A DNA stretch of 64,000 bases from Burkholderiales bacterium (GTDB lineage: Bacteria; Pseudomonadota; Gammaproteobacteria; Burkholderiales; SG8-41), in contig DATICE010000162.1 of assembly GCA_035456985.1 (NCBI GenBank), forward strand, positions 56,075 through 120,074. The letters are read 5' to 3'. Under the pieces are notes generated by a model. It was not told the DNA's origin. It saw only the letters and a program-made list of their open reading frames with translations, and made no database searches. Below are positions 28,543 to 39,422 of this stretch, one piece after another. The translations under genes and the position numbers were made by a program. The stretch's first letter is position 1; every line of letters begins with the position of its first letter.

Positions 28543-29070
28543 TCACGCATTCCGCCGTTTGACGTTGCCGAGCTCGGTCCAGATCCGCAGCTCCTCCGGC
28601 AGCGGCGGCGGCGTGCCGGTGTAGCCCAGCTCCGCCGCCACCCTCGATCCGCTGACCCTCGCGCCACTGTCGAGGAACAGTCCCTTCACGTAGGCGTGCG
28701 CGCACAGCACCCCGCCCGATTCGAAGCGCTGTTCCACGTAGCCGTACTTCTCGTCCCAGGTCACGAGCCGCGTCACGAGCTCGAACTTCTGCAGCGGCGC
28801 GAGCGGGCGGATGAAATTGATCTCGGCCGCGCCGAGGGCAGCCGCCCAGCGCTTGCGCAGGATGATCCCCAGCAGCCCGATCTGCGCGACGAGATGCAGG
28901 CGCCCCAGATCCATGAACGAGAGGTAGCGCCCGTTGTTCATGTGCAGATTGACGTCGCAGTCGGTGGGCAGCACCCGGAAGGCGACGCGCGACTCCTCGA
29001 ACAGCCCCCTGCGCTGCAGCCCGATCAACCGGACCAGCAGGAGGAACAGCCGCAGATACAGATTCATCAC
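28543..29070 (-). CDS. Hotdog-fold acyl-CoA thioesterase family protein
   Basis: 175-aa ORF reading FRVLPTDCDVNLHMNNGRYLSFMDLGR..LVTWDEKYGYVEQRF. Its stop directly abuts the stop of the convergent Bug gene. Confidence 0.6.
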   Translation of the reverse strand: MMNLYLRLFLLLVRLIGLQRRGLFEESRVAFRVLPTDCDVNLHMNNGRYLSFMDLGRLHLVAQIGLLGIILRKRWAAALGAAEINFIRPLAPLQKFELVTRLVTWDEKYGYVEQRFESGGVLCAHAYVKGLFLDSGARVSGSRVAAELGYTGTPPPLPEELRIWTELGNVKRRNA

Positions 29071-29717
29071 CCTTCCCGCGAAGGGCGAAGGCGATGCCGC
29101 AGGTATTCGACGATGCCAGGCATGATGGAGAGCAGGATGATCACGGCGATCACCAGCGTCAGATTCTGCTTCACCACCGGCACGTTGCCGAAGTAGTAGC
29201 CGGCGTAGGCGAGCGAGCCGACCCAGGCGATGCTGCCCGAGAAGCTGTAGAACAGGAAGCGCGGGTAGCGCATGTGCCCGAGTCCAGCCACGAACGGGGC
29301 GAAAGTGCGGATAATCGGAACGAAGCGCGCGAAAAAGACGGTCTTTGCGCCGTAGCGGTCGTAGAAACGATGCGTGCGCGCGAGATGCTCGGGATTGAGA
29401 AACCGGGAGCCCTCACGCGTGAACACGCGCGGCCCGATGTAGCGCCCGATCCAGTAATTGGTGTTGTCCCCCAGGAACGATGCGGCGGCGAGCGCCGCGA
29501 ACAAACCATGGATGTACATGTCGCCCGCGGCGGCGAGCGTCCCGGCCACGAACAGCAGCGAATCCCCCGGCAGGAACGGTGTCACCACCAGCCCGGTCTC
29601 GCAGAACACGATGACGAAGAGGATCGCGTAGATCCATGGGCCGTAATTCGCGACCAGCCACTGCAGGTGGCGATCGAGGTGGAGGACGATGTCTACGAAG
29701 CCGGCGAGGAGCTCCAC
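29067..29717 (-). CDS. DedA-family inner-membrane protein
   Basis: 216-aa ORF reading ILFVIVFCETGLVVTPFLPGDSLLFVAG..RFYDRYGAKTVFFARFVPIIRTF. Confidence 0.85.
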   Translation of the reverse strand: MELLAGFVDIVLHLDRHLQWLVANYGPWIYAILFVIVFCETGLVVTPFLPGDSLLFVAGTLAAAGDMYIHGLFAALAAASFLGDNTNYWIGRYIGPRVFTREGSRFLNPEHLARTHRFYDRYGAKTVFFARFVPIIRTFAPFVAGLGHMRYPRFLFYSFSGSIAWVGSLAYAGYYFGNVPVVKQNLTLVIAVIILLSIMPGIVEYLRHRLRPSREG

Positions 29718-29733
29718 GGGCGGGCAGCCGCGC

Positions 29734-30681
29734 CTAGACTACCGCGCCGGACTCGCCGGGCTTCTTCTGGACTTCCGGCCGGGCGAGATCCTCGCGCGAG
29801 ACGCCAAGCCACATCACGATCGGGCTCGCCACCAGCACCGAGGAGTAGATGCCGAAGAGAATGCCGATGGTGAGCGCGAGCGCGAAGTAGTGGAGCGTCT
29901 CGCCGCCGAAGATCAGCATCGCGCACACCATCAGCTGGGTGCAACCGTGGGTGATGATGGTGCGCGACATCGTGGCCGTGATCGCGTGGTCGATGATTTG
30001 CGGCACCGTCAGGCTGCGCATCCTGCGGTTGCGGAACACTTCGCGCACCCGGTCGAACACCACCACCGACTCGTTCACCGAATAGCCGAGGATTGCCAGC
30101 ACCGCGGCGAGCACCGGCAGCGAGAACTCCCACTGGAAGATGGAGAAAAAGCCGACGATGATTACGGTGTCATGGAGATTCGCGACGATCGTCGCGACAC
30201 CGAACTTCCACTCGAATCTTAACGCGAGATAGGCGACGATCCCGAGCGAAACGAACAGCAGCGCCAGAGCGCCGTTTTCGAGGAGCTCGCGTCCCACCTG
30301 CGGCCCGACGAATTCGACGCGGCGCATCTCGACCCGCGCATCGTCCTTTCGCAGCTCCTGCAACACCTGCTCCGAGAGCTTGGCGCTGCTCACGCCCTGC
30401 TTCAGGGGCAGCCGGATCAGCACGTCGCGCGAGGTGCCGAAGTTCTGCACGGATGCATCGGTAAAGCCGAGCCGCGCCATGGATTCGCGGATCTTGCCGA
30501 GGTCGGCCGCCTGCGCGTAGGCCACTTCCATCACCGTGCCGCCGGTGAAATCCACCCCGAGGTTGAGCCCCCGGAACGTGAGCGACCCCACCGCAATCAA
30601 AAACGTGACGATCGAGATCACGTTGAAGATCAGCGCATAGCGCATGAACGGGATGTCGCGCTGGATCTTGAACCATTCCAT
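29734..30681 (-). CDS. secF: Protein translocase subunit SecF
   Basis: 315-aa ORF with SecF membrane-domain motifs (GVDFTGGT, LHDTVIIVGFFS, GYSVNESVVVFDRVRE). It lies immediately downstream of secD. Confidence 0.95.
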   Translation of the reverse strand: MEWFKIQRDIPFMRYALIFNVISIVTFLIAVGSLTFRGLNLGVDFTGGTVMEVAYAQAADLGKIRESMARLGFTDASVQNFGTSRDVLIRLPLKQGVSSAKLSEQVLQELRKDDARVEMRRVEFVGPQVGRELLENGALALLFVSLGIVAYLALRFEWKFGVATIVANLHDTVIIVGFFSIFQWEFSLPVLAAVLAILGYSVNESVVVFDRVREVFRNRRMRSLTVPQIIDHAITATMSRTIITHGCTQLMVCAMLIFGGETLHYFALALTIGILFGIYSSVLVASPIVMWLGVSREDLARPEVQKKPGESGAVV

Positions 30682-30697
30682 GGCTACGCTCCCGACT

Positions 30698-32563
30698 TCA
30701 TGCCTTGGTTGACGCCTGCGGCCGCCAGACCTGGCCGATCGAGACCTTTTCGAGCCGGCGGCGGCTGCCGTAGTAGAGGTTGACCATGGACCGCGAGACC
30801 ATCACCGCGCTGAACTGCGACGTGAGTATCCCCAGACACAGCACCACTGCGAAACCTTTCACCGGCCCGGAGCCCAGCAGGAACAGGAAGAGCCCCGCGA
30901 TGAGCGTGGTGAGATTCGAGTCGAGGATCGTCCCCCACGCCCGGTCGTAGCCGGCGTGGATCGCCGCCTGCGGCGTGTTGCCGTTGCGCAGCTCCTCGCG
31001 GATGCGCTCGTTGATGAGCACGTTGGCGTCGATCGCCATGCCGATGGTGAGGGCAATGCCGGCCATGCCGGGCAGCGTCAGCGTCGCCTGCAGCATGGAA
31101 AGCAGCGCGATCAGGAACAGGACGTTGGCGGCAAGCGCGACGACCGAGAACACCCCGAACAACGTGTAGTAAGCGATCATGAACGCCGCGATCGCAATGA
31201 ATCCGTACCAGGTGGAATGGAAGCCGATCCGGATATTCTCGGCGCCGAGCGAGGGGCCGACCGTGCGTTCCTCGATGATCTCCATCGGCGCCGCGAGCGC
31301 ACCGGCGCGCAGCAGGAGCGACACGTCGTGCGCCTCCTGCGTCGTCATGCGCCCGCTGATCTGCACGCGCCCACCCGGTATCTCGCTGCGGATCACGGGC
31401 GCCGTAACCACCTCGCCCTTGCCCTTCTCGAACAGCAGGATCGCCATGCGCTTGCCCACGTTCTCGCGCGTGACCTGGTGAAAGATGCGCGCGCCGGTGC
31501 CGTCGAGGCTGATGTGCACCGCCGGCTCGCCGGTCTGGTTGTCGAAGCCGGGCTGCGCGTCGTTGATCCGGTCGCCGGTCAGGACCACCTGCCTCCTCAC
31601 CAGGATCGGCGCGCCGCCGCGTTCCACGTAAAATTCGTCGCCGAAAGGCACCTGCCCCGCCTGCGCCGCCTGTATCGCCGCCGGATTGTTGGTCGCTTCG
31701 TCGTCCACCATCCTCACTTCCAGCGTCGCCGTGCGGCCGAGGATGTCCTTCGCCTTGGCGGTGTCCTGCACGCCGGGCAGCTGCACCACCACGCGGTCCG
31801 CGCCCTGCTGCTGGATGATGGGCTCGGCCACGCCCAGCTCGTTGACGCGGTTGCGCAGCGTCGTGATGTTCTGCTGCAGCGAGTAGTCCTGCGTCCTCTT
31901 CTGCGCCTCGGGCTTGAGCGTCGCGACGATGCGGAATTCGCCGCCGTCGTCGACCGTCTTCAGCTCGAGATCCGGCAGGCTGCGCGACAGCTCCTGCAGA
32001 CCCTTCTCGCGCGTCGACGAATCGCGGAAGCGCACTGCGATCGCCTGCCCCTCGCGCGCGACGCCGGTGTACTGGATCCGCTTCTCGCGCAGGTTGCTGC
32101 GGACATCGTTCAGCGTCGCTTCCAGCTTCTTCGCGATCGCCGCCTTCATGTCCACCTGCAGCAGGAAGTGCACGCCGCCGCGGAGATCGAGCCCCAGGTA
32201 CATCGGCAGCGCGCCGATCGAAGCGAGCCAGCGCGGGCTGTTGGAGAGGAGATTCAGCGCGACGACGTAATCCTCCCCGAGCTGCGACTGCAGCAGGTCC
32301 TTGGCTTTCAGCTGGTTGTCGGTGTCGGAAAAACGCGCCTTGACGCTCGCCGCGTCGAGAAATACCCCGGCGGGCGCAATGCCCCCATTCTTGAGGATAT
32401 CCTCGATGCGCCCCATCAAGGCGCTGTCGGACTTGAGCGTCGCCCGCTGCGGCTGCACCTGCACCGCCGGCACCTCGCCGTAGAAATTGGGCACCGTATA
32501 GAGCAAGCCCACCGCCAGCGCGACGGCGATCAGGATGTACTGCCAGAGGGAGTAGCGATTCAT
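30698..32563 (-). CDS. secD: Protein translocase subunit SecD
   Basis: 621-aa ORF reading MNRYSLWQYILIAVALAVGLLYTVPNFYGE..LGLDLRGGVHFLLQVD..LPGMAGIALTIGMAIDANVLINERIREE. Confidence 0.95.
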   Translation of the reverse strand: MNRYSLWQYILIAVALAVGLLYTVPNFYGEVPAVQVQPQRATLKSDSALMGRIEDILKNGGIAPAGVFLDAASVKARFSDTDNQLKAKDLLQSQLGEDYVVALNLLSNSPRWLASIGALPMYLGLDLRGGVHFLLQVDMKAAIAKKLEATLNDVRSNLREKRIQYTGVAREGQAIAVRFRDSSTREKGLQELSRSLPDLELKTVDDGGEFRIVATLKPEAQKRTQDYSLQQNITTLRNRVNELGVAEPIIQQQGADRVVVQLPGVQDTAKAKDILGRTATLEVRMVDDEATNNPAAIQAAQAGQVPFGDEFYVERGGAPILVRRQVVLTGDRINDAQPGFDNQTGEPAVHISLDGTGARIFHQVTRENVGKRMAILLFEKGKGEVVTAPVIRSEIPGGRVQISGRMTTQEAHDVSLLLRAGALAAPMEIIEERTVGPSLGAENIRIGFHSTWYGFIAIAAFMIAYYTLFGVFSVVALAANVLFLIALLSMLQATLTLPGMAGIALTIGMAIDANVLINERIREELRNGNTPQAAIHAGYDRAWGTILDSNLTTLIAGLFLFLLGSGPVKGFAVVLCLGILTSQFSAVMVSRSMVNLYYGSRRRLEKVSIGQVWRPQASTKA

Positions 32564-32571
32564 CGAACTGC

Positions 32572-32656
32572 GTGAATGGTGAGTAGTGAGCAGCGAGTAA
32601 ACAAAACCACTAATCGACGATCCCGCCCAGTCGACTCACTTCTCACCACTCACTGC
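32572..32656. repeat. Two inverted arrays of heptamers filling the yajC-secD spacer (potential long hairpin)
   Basis: Plus strand: GTGAATG GTGAGTA GTGAGCA GCGAGTA (32572..32599), a 33-nt spacer, then GACTCAC TTCTCAC CACTCAC TGC (32633..32656). The 20-nt arm cores are complementary at 17 of 20 positions. Confidence 0.85.
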
Positions 32657-32980
32657 TTATTGGATGTTCTTGAGGGTCCCCTTCGGCAGCACCAGCTGCA
32701 CCGCCGGGCGCTGCACCTGGATCTCGACGTTGTTGGCGATCTCGAGCGTGACGTAGCTGTCGCCGATCTTGCTGATGCGGCCGAGCATGCCGCCCGCCGC
32801 CACCACCTCGTCGCCCTTCTGCAGGGCTTCGATCATCGTCTTGTGCTCCTTCGCGCGCTTCATCTGCGGGCGGATCATCAGAAAGTAGAGCACGGCGAAC
32901 ATCAGCACGATCAGGATGATGCTTTCGAAACCGCCGCCTGGCGCGGGGGCGCCCTGGGCCCAGGCTGGATTGATCAACAT
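32657..32980 (-). CDS. yajC: Preprotein translocase subunit YajC
   Basis: From ATG 32980 it reads MLINPAWAQGAPAPGGGFESIILIVLMFAVLYFLMIRPQMKRAKEHKTMIEALQKGDEVVAAGGMLGRI. I trimmed the track ORF (to 33082). Confidence 0.9.
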   Translation of the reverse strand: MLINPAWAQGAPAPGGGFESIILIVLMFAVLYFLMIRPQMKRAKEHKTMIEALQKGDEVVAAGGMLGRISKIGDSYVTLEIANNVEIQVQRPAVQLVLPKGTLKNIQ

Positions 32981-33032
32981 AGCGTCTCCGTGGTTCGGGC
33001 GGGCGCGGGAGCACCCGGAAAAATGGCGAATT

Positions 33033-34145
<1,113 letters not shown>

Positions 34146-34169
34146 TCATCGCCCGTTACTCCGCACTCA

Positions 34170-35195
34170 TCACTGTCGTTCGATGAGCATCGCGTCGCCG
34201 TAGCTGTAGAAGCGGTAGCGGCGCTCGCTCGCGTGGCGGTACGCGCGGCGGATATTATCCATGCCGCCGAACGCCGACACCAGCATCAGCAGCGTCGACC
34301 GCGGCAGGTGGAAGTTGGTAAGCAGCCGCTCGACCACGCGGAAGCGATAGCCGGGAAGAATGAAGAGCCGGGTCTCGTCGCGGCCGCATTTCAGCTCACC
34401 GCCGGCCGCCGCGCTCTCAAGCGCGCGCAGCGTCGTCGTCCCGACCGCCAGCACCTGCCCGCCGCCAGCGCGCGCCCGGTTGATGGCGTCCACCGCCGTC
34501 TGCGGCACGTCGTACCATTCCGCGTGCATCTCATGGTGCGCGAGGTCCTGAGAGCGCACGGGCTGAAAGGTGCCGGCGCCCACGTGGAGCGTGATAAAAG
34601 CGACCGCAGCGCCCCGATCGCGCAGCGTCTGCAGCAGGGCGTCGTCGAAATGCAGGCCGGCGGTCGGGGCGGCGACGGCGCCCGGCTCGCGCGCGTACAC
34701 GGTTTGATAGCGCTCCACGTCGCTTCCGCCTGCGGCGCGCGTAATGTACATCGGCAGCGGAACCGCGCCATGGCGCTCGAGCAGCGCCAGCGCGTCCTCG
34801 CACCTCTCGAAGCGCAGCCGGAAAAACTCGCGCTCGCGGTCCAGCACGGTCGCCTCGATCGCGTCGGCGAGCACCAGCGTGCTCCCGACCCGCGTCGGGT
34901 GGTTTGCGCCGATCTGCGCCAGTACCTCGCCGCCGGACAGGACGCGCTCGACCATCACCTCGACCCGTCCGCCGGTCTTCTTGTGTCCGGCGAGTCGCGC
35001 CTTGATGACGCGCGTGTCGTTCGCCACCACGACGTCGCCGGGCGCGACGAGGTCGACGATTTCGCGGAACTGCCGGTCTGACAGCGCGCCGGTCCTGCCG
35101 TCGAGTTGCAGGAGCCGGCTCGCGCCGCGCTCCGCCGGCGGAAACTGCGCGATCAGCTCCTGCGGAAGCGCGTAATCGAAATCGTCCAGGCGCAT
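34170..35195 (-). CDS. queA: S-adenosylmethionine:tRNA ribosyltransferase-isomerase
   Basis: From ATG 35195 it reads [54 protein letters not shown]. The track extension to 35360 runs antisense through the tRNA gene, so I trimmed it. Confidence 0.95.
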   Translation of the reverse strand: MRLDDFDYALPQELIAQFPPAERGASRLLQLDGRTGALSDRQFREIVDLVAPGDVVVANDTRVIKARLAGHKKTGGRVEVMVERVLSGGEVLAQIGANHPTRVGSTLVLADAIEATVLDREREFFRLRFERCEDALALLERHGAVPLPMYITRAAGGSDVERYQTVYAREPGAVAAPTAGLHFDDALLQTLRDRGAAVAFITLHVGAGTFQPVRSQDLAHHEMHAEWYDVPQTAVDAINRARAGGGQVLAVGTTTLRALESAAAGGELKCGRDETRLFILPGYRFRVVERLLTNFHLPRSTLLMLVSAFGGMDNIRRAYRHASERRYRFYSYGDAMLIERQ

Positions 35196-35301
35196 GCCCG
35201 GATTATAGGAGAGCGCGAATCGTGGATCGTGATTCGGCAGCGCGGCGCCCGGTTTCGTTGTTGGAGAATCCGGATTGCGGGATAATCTGCCCCGCACTCC
35301 A

Positions 35302-35388
35302 GCCGGGATGGCGGAATTGGTAGACGCACGGGACTCAAAATCCCGCGGTGGCGACACCATGAGAGTTCGATTCTCTCTCCCGGCACCA
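35302..35388 (+). tRNA. tRNA-Leu (anticodon CAA), class II with long variable arm, encoded CCA
   Basis: I folded the cloverleaf by hand. Acceptor stem GCCGGGA/TCCCGGC; anticodon stem-loop CGGGA-CTCAAAA-TCCCG; variable arm GGTG..CACC; T-arm GAGAG-TTCGATT-CTCTC; terminal ACCA. Confidence 0.9.
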
Positions 35389-35471
35389 TCACGATTGTTT
35401 CACGTTTCAGGTTGGAGCGGATTGCGGTTCGAGGGTTTGGACCTTGAACTTCGTGCGGCGGTCGTCGCCGA

Positions 35472-37094
35472 TCAGGCGGCCGGCACGGCGCCGCTCACCA
35501 CCACCCGGTTGCGCCCGGCCTTCTTCGCCTCGTAGAGCGCTTCGTCAGCTGCCCGCAGCAGCGCTTCCGGGTTGTCGGCGTGCTGCGGGAAAATCGCGAT
35601 CCCGAATGACGCCGTGACGGCGTCGAGCCGATGGCCGCCTTGCTCGAGGCGCAGCGCTGCGATGCCGCGGCGTATCCTCTCCGCCCGTTCCACCGCCACT
35701 TCCAGCGTCGTCTCCGGCAGGACCACCGCAAGCTCCTCGCCTCCGTAGCGGCAGCCGATGTCGGAGCCGCGCACGTGCTCGCGGATCACGTCCGCGACCC
35801 GCTTGAGGACGAGATCTCCGGCCTCGTGGCCCCAGGTGTCGTTGAAGCGCTTGAAGTGGTCGATGTCCGCGAGAATCGCTGCGACCGGCGTGCGGTTGCG
35901 GCGCGCTTTCAGCAGCTCCCGTCCGAGCAGCTCCCACAGGTAGCGCCGGTTGTGCAGCCCGGTGAGCGGATCAGTGATCGCCAGCTCGCGGGTCTCCCGC
36001 AGCGCCTTCTGCAGCTCCGCCTCGCGCTCCTGCAGCGACTGCGCCATCTGGTCGAATGCGTCGCCCAGGCGAGAAATCTCCTCGCGGCCGCCCGGCAACC
36101 CGGTGCGCGCGGTGAGGTCGCCTGCCTGGACACGGCGCGCGACATCGAGGAGCTTCCGCAGGTTGCGCAACACCATCAACTCCGCCCCGTACCATCCGCC
36201 GATCAGCAGCAGCATCGTGACCGCCACCAGGCTGCCGAGCGTCTTGATGAATGTCGCGCGCGCCTCCGAATAGATCACGCCTTGGTGGACGCCGACCATG
36301 ACACGCAACGCCGGAGTGCCGTCGGAGTTCTCCCATACGCCCTCGATCGCGTAGACGCGCGGCGCGCCGGCCGCGTCAGTCGTCTCGAGCACGCCGCTTA
36401 TCGCGGCGACCCCCGGCTGGCTCAGTCGCGGCTCGGAGAGGCTGGATCCGATGCGCGCCCCCGGCGCCGGGACCTGGGCAAGCACGATGCCATCGCGATC
36501 GAGCAGCGTCACCACGGCGCCGAGCGGCCTGCGCGACGCGCCGGCAAACTCGCCGAGCGGCTTGAGATCGAGCCGCGCAAACAGCACGGCGACGACTTCG
36601 CCGTCCGCATCCTGCACCGGCTGGCCGAGATCGATGCCGTCTCCGCCGGTGGCACGGCCCGCGTGGTAGCCTCCGACCGAGAGTCTGCCGCTTTCGACCG
36701 CCTCCCGGAAATACGGGCGATCGCTCACGTTGACGCCGTCGTCCCACGCCCTCGCATCGCAATGAAGGTCGCCGCTCGCAAGGTACATGCCGAGCGAGTG
36801 GTAGCGCTCCCGATCGGCCCGCATCAGATCATGGAAGTGCTCGTGGCAGGCCTGCCGGTCGCGCAGCAGCGCGGGCACCGCGCCCGCGGACGCGATCAGC
36901 AGCTGGTGCGCGCGCTCCACAGTCTGCTCAACGCGCGCGGCCACCAGCCTGGCGTATTGCCGCAGCTCCTCGCGCGCATGGCTTTCCGCCAGGTAGCGTT
37001 GCTCGAGCGCCCCGTAGACCATCAGCGCCAGGGCGGGGACTGCAGAGAGCACCACCACTATGGCGACGCGCCCGCGAGTGCTCAGGTTCTTCAC
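35472..37094 (-). CDS. Sensor diguanylate cyclase (N-terminal TM, Cache-like periplasmic domain, HAMP, GGDEF)
   Basis: 540-aa ORF with a HAMP-like segment (RRVQAGDLTARTG..EISRLGDAFDQMAQSL). The GGDEF domain has RYGGEELAVVLP, and an RxxD I-site (RGSD) lies 5 residues upstream. Confidence 0.85.
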   Translation of the reverse strand: MKNLSTRGRVAIVVVLSAVPALALMVYGALEQRYLAESHAREELRQYARLVAARVEQTVERAHQLLIASAGAVPALLRDRQACHEHFHDLMRADRERYHSLGMYLASGDLHCDARAWDDGVNVSDRPYFREAVESGRLSVGGYHAGRATGGDGIDLGQPVQDADGEVVAVLFARLDLKPLGEFAGASRRPLGAVVTLLDRDGIVLAQVPAPGARIGSSLSEPRLSQPGVAAISGVLETTDAAGAPRVYAIEGVWENSDGTPALRVMVGVHQGVIYSEARATFIKTLGSLVAVTMLLLIGGWYGAELMVLRNLRKLLDVARRVQAGDLTARTGLPGGREEISRLGDAFDQMAQSLQEREAELQKALRETRELAITDPLTGLHNRRYLWELLGRELLKARRNRTPVAAILADIDHFKRFNDTWGHEAGDLVLKRVADVIREHVRGSDIGCRYGGEELAVVLPETTLEVAVERAERIRRGIAALRLEQGGHRLDAVTASFGIAIFPQHADNPEALLRAADEALYEAKKAGRNRVVVSGAVPAA

Positions 37095-37104
37095 GGTCCG
37101 CCGT

Positions 37105-37938
37105 TCAGCGCAGCGTCACCTCAGCATTGTCGATCAGCCGCGTGCGGCCGAGCCGGGCCGCGGCCAGGATGACGAGTTCGCGATCGCGCTCGGAGGGCTG
37201 GCGCAGGTCCGCCCGGCGGCGCACCGCGATGTAGTCGGGCTGCCAGCCGTGGCGCGTGAGCTCGGCCATCGACTGCTGGTCGATGCGCTGGAAATCGCGC
37301 GCGCCTCTCTCCATCTCCGCCTGCGCCTGCTTCAGGATGGCGTACAAACGGGGCGCCTCCTTGCGCTCCTGCGCGGACAGGTAGGCATTGCGCGAGGACA
37401 GCGCGAGCCCGTCATCGGCCCTGACGGTTTCCGCCGGAATGATCTCGATGGGCAGCGCGAACTGCTTCACCATGTCCCGCAGTACAAGATATTGCTGGTA
37501 GTCCTTCTTGCCGAAGATCGCCGAGTGGGGCATCACCAGGTTGAAAAGCTTGAGCACCACCGTCGCGACGCCCCGGAAATGCCCGGGGCGGTGCGCGCCC
37601 TCCAGGATGTACTGGAGGTCCGAAGGCTCGACCACGAAGGTTTGCTGCTCGGGATAGATTTCCTTTTCGTCCGGCACGAACACGACGTCCACGCCGGCCG
37701 CCTTGAGCCGCGCGCAGTCGGCCTCGAGTGTGCGCGGATAGCGGTCGAAGTCTTCGCGCGGGCCGAACTGCAGGCGGTTGACGAAGATGCTGACCACCGT
37801 GCACGCCGCGCGCGGCTTGGCGATATCGATCAACTGGATGTGGCCGTCGTGCAGGTTGCCCATGGTCGGCACGAACACGTTGTTCGGCACGCGCTGCAGG
37901 CGCGCGCGCAGGTCGGAGGCGGAGTGGATGACGTCCAC
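37105..37938 (-). CDS. panC: Pantoate--beta-alanine ligase
   Basis: From GTG 37938 it reads [52 protein letters not shown] trimmed the track ORF (to 38523) because it overlaps panB. The start overlaps the panB stop by 1 nt. Confidence 0.9.
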   Translation of the reverse strand: MDVIHSASDLRARLQRVPNNVFVPTMGNLHDGHIQLIDIAKPRAACTVVSIFVNRLQFGPREDFDRYPRTLEADCARLKAAGVDVVFVPDEKEIYPEQQTFVVEPSDLQYILEGAHRPGHFRGVATVVLKLFNLVMPHSAIFGKKDYQQYLVLRDMVKQFALPIEIIPAETVRADDGLALSSRNAYLSAQERKEAPRLYAILKQAQAEMERGARDFQRIDQQSMAELTRHGWQPDYIAVRRRADLRQPSERDRELVILAAARLGRTRLIDNAEVTLR

Positions 37939-38729
37939 TAGAACGAGTGTTCGGGCCCGGGGAACGTGCGCGCCTTGACTTCCTTGACGTAGAGCTCGAC
38001 CGCGCCCTGGATCGTGCCCGTCGTGCGCATGAAATTCTTGACGAACTTCGCCTTCCGGCCGGGAAAGACGTCGAGCATGTCGTGCAGCACCAGCACCTGT
38101 CCCGAGCAGTCCACGCCGGCACCGATGCCGATGGTCGGAATCGTGAGCGCTTCCGTGACCGCGCCGGCGAGCGCCGCGGGAATCGCCTCCAGCACGATCA
38201 TTCCGGCGCCGGCCTGCTCGATCAGCTTCGCCTCCTTGATCAGTTGCTGGCCCGCGTCCTCGCCCCGCCCCTGCACCCGGTAGCCACCAAGAGCATGCAC
38301 CGACTGGGGGGTGAGCCCCAGGTGCCCGCATACGGGGATGCCGCGATCGACGAGAAACTCGATGGTGTCCAGCATCGGCCGGCCACCCTCGATCTTCACC
38401 ATGTGGCCCCCAGCCGCCATGAGCTCCGCGGCGTTGTGAAACGCGTCCTGCGGCGAGACCTGGAAGGTGGCGAACGGCATGTCCGCGATGACGAATGCGC
38501 GCTTCGAGCCGCGCGCGACGCACTGGGTGTGGTAGACCATGTCGCGCAGCGTCACGGGGAGCGTCGACTCGTGCCCCTGCAGCACGTTGCCGAGCGAGTC
38601 CCCGATGAGCAGCGAGTCGACGCCGGCCGCCTCGAGCACCGCGGCGAAGCTCGCGTCGTAGCAGGTGAGCATCGCGATCCGGTTGCCTTCCTGCGCCATC
38701 TTCTGCAACGTCGTGAGCGTGATCCGCAT
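37938..38729 (-). CDS. panB: 3-methyl-2-oxobutanoate hydroxymethyltransferase
   Basis: 263-aa ORF reading [51 protein letters not shown]. Confidence 0.95.
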   Translation of the reverse strand: MRITLTTLQKMAQEGNRIAMLTCYDASFAAVLEAAGVDSLLIGDSLGNVLQGHESTLPVTLRDMVYHTQCVARGSKRAFVIADMPFATFQVSPQDAFHNAAELMAAGGHMVKIEGGRPMLDTIEFLVDRGIPVCGHLGLTPQSVHALGGYRVQGRGEDAGQQLIKEAKLIEQAGAGMIVLEAIPAALAGAVTEALTIPTIGIGAGVDCSGQVLVLHDMLDVFPGRKAKFVKNFMRTTGTIQGAVELYVKEVKARTFPGPEHSF

Positions 38730-38747
38730 GTCGAACCCCTGTTTGAG

Positions 38748-39398
38748 CTAGCTGCCCAGGCTGAAGAACTCGCGCGGGCCCCGCATCGCGATAACGCGCT
38801 GCAACAATAAATCAAAATCGCCGGGCTGATCAACAAAATTCAGGTTTTCGGAGTTAACGGTCAGCACCGGCGCGGCGTCGTACTGATGGAAGAACCGCGC
38901 GTAGGACTCCGCGAGCTCGACCAGATACTCGTCCGGAATGTTGCGCTCGTAGGCGACTCCGCGGCGGCGCACGCGCTCGATCAGCGTCGCGGGCGAGGCC
39001 TGCAGATAGATCACGAGGTCGGGAACCGGCGCCTGGGGCTTCAACTGCGCCCAGACCTGGCGGTAGAGCGCGAACTCATCGTCGCTCAGGGTGAGCCGCG
39101 CGAAGAGCGCGTCCTTGTCGATCATGAAATCCGCCACGGTAAGCCCCGCGAAGAGATCCGGCTGCGAGAGCCTGCGCACCTGGGCGGAGCGCTGGAACAG
39201 GAAATAGAGCTGGGCCGGCAGCGCATAGCGCGCGCGGTCCTGGTAGAAGCCGGGGAGGAACGGATTGGCATCGGGATCCTCGAGCAGCGCCAGGCCTCCC
39301 GTGCGCTCGCCCATCACGCGCGCGAGGCTCGTCTTGCCCGCGCCGACGGGGCCTTCGACCACGATGTAGCGGTATTTTTCGGGCAGCCTCGCGCTCAT
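38748..39398 (-). CDS. Deoxynucleoside kinase family protein
   Basis: 216-aa ORF with a P-loop (YIVVEGPVGAGKTSLARVM) and a dNK-type LID (RVRRRGVAYE). Confidence 0.8.
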   Translation of the reverse strand: MSARLPEKYRYIVVEGPVGAGKTSLARVMGERTGGLALLEDPDANPFLPGFYQDRARYALPAQLYFLFQRSAQVRRLSQPDLFAGLTVADFMIDKDALFARLTLSDDEFALYRQVWAQLKPQAPVPDLVIYLQASPATLIERVRRRGVAYERNIPDEYLVELAESYARFFHQYDAAPVLTVNSENLNFVDQPGDFDLLLQRVIAMRGPREFFSLGS

Positions 39399-39422
39399 TT
39401 CATGACTCGCCCGCCCCGCGGT

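Noticed and set aside
35302-35471. tRNA-Leu as a possible genomic-island integration site
   Set aside because: There is no integrase, no direct repeat of the tRNA 3' end and no compositional shift downstream. The next gene is a host-like diguanylate cyclase.
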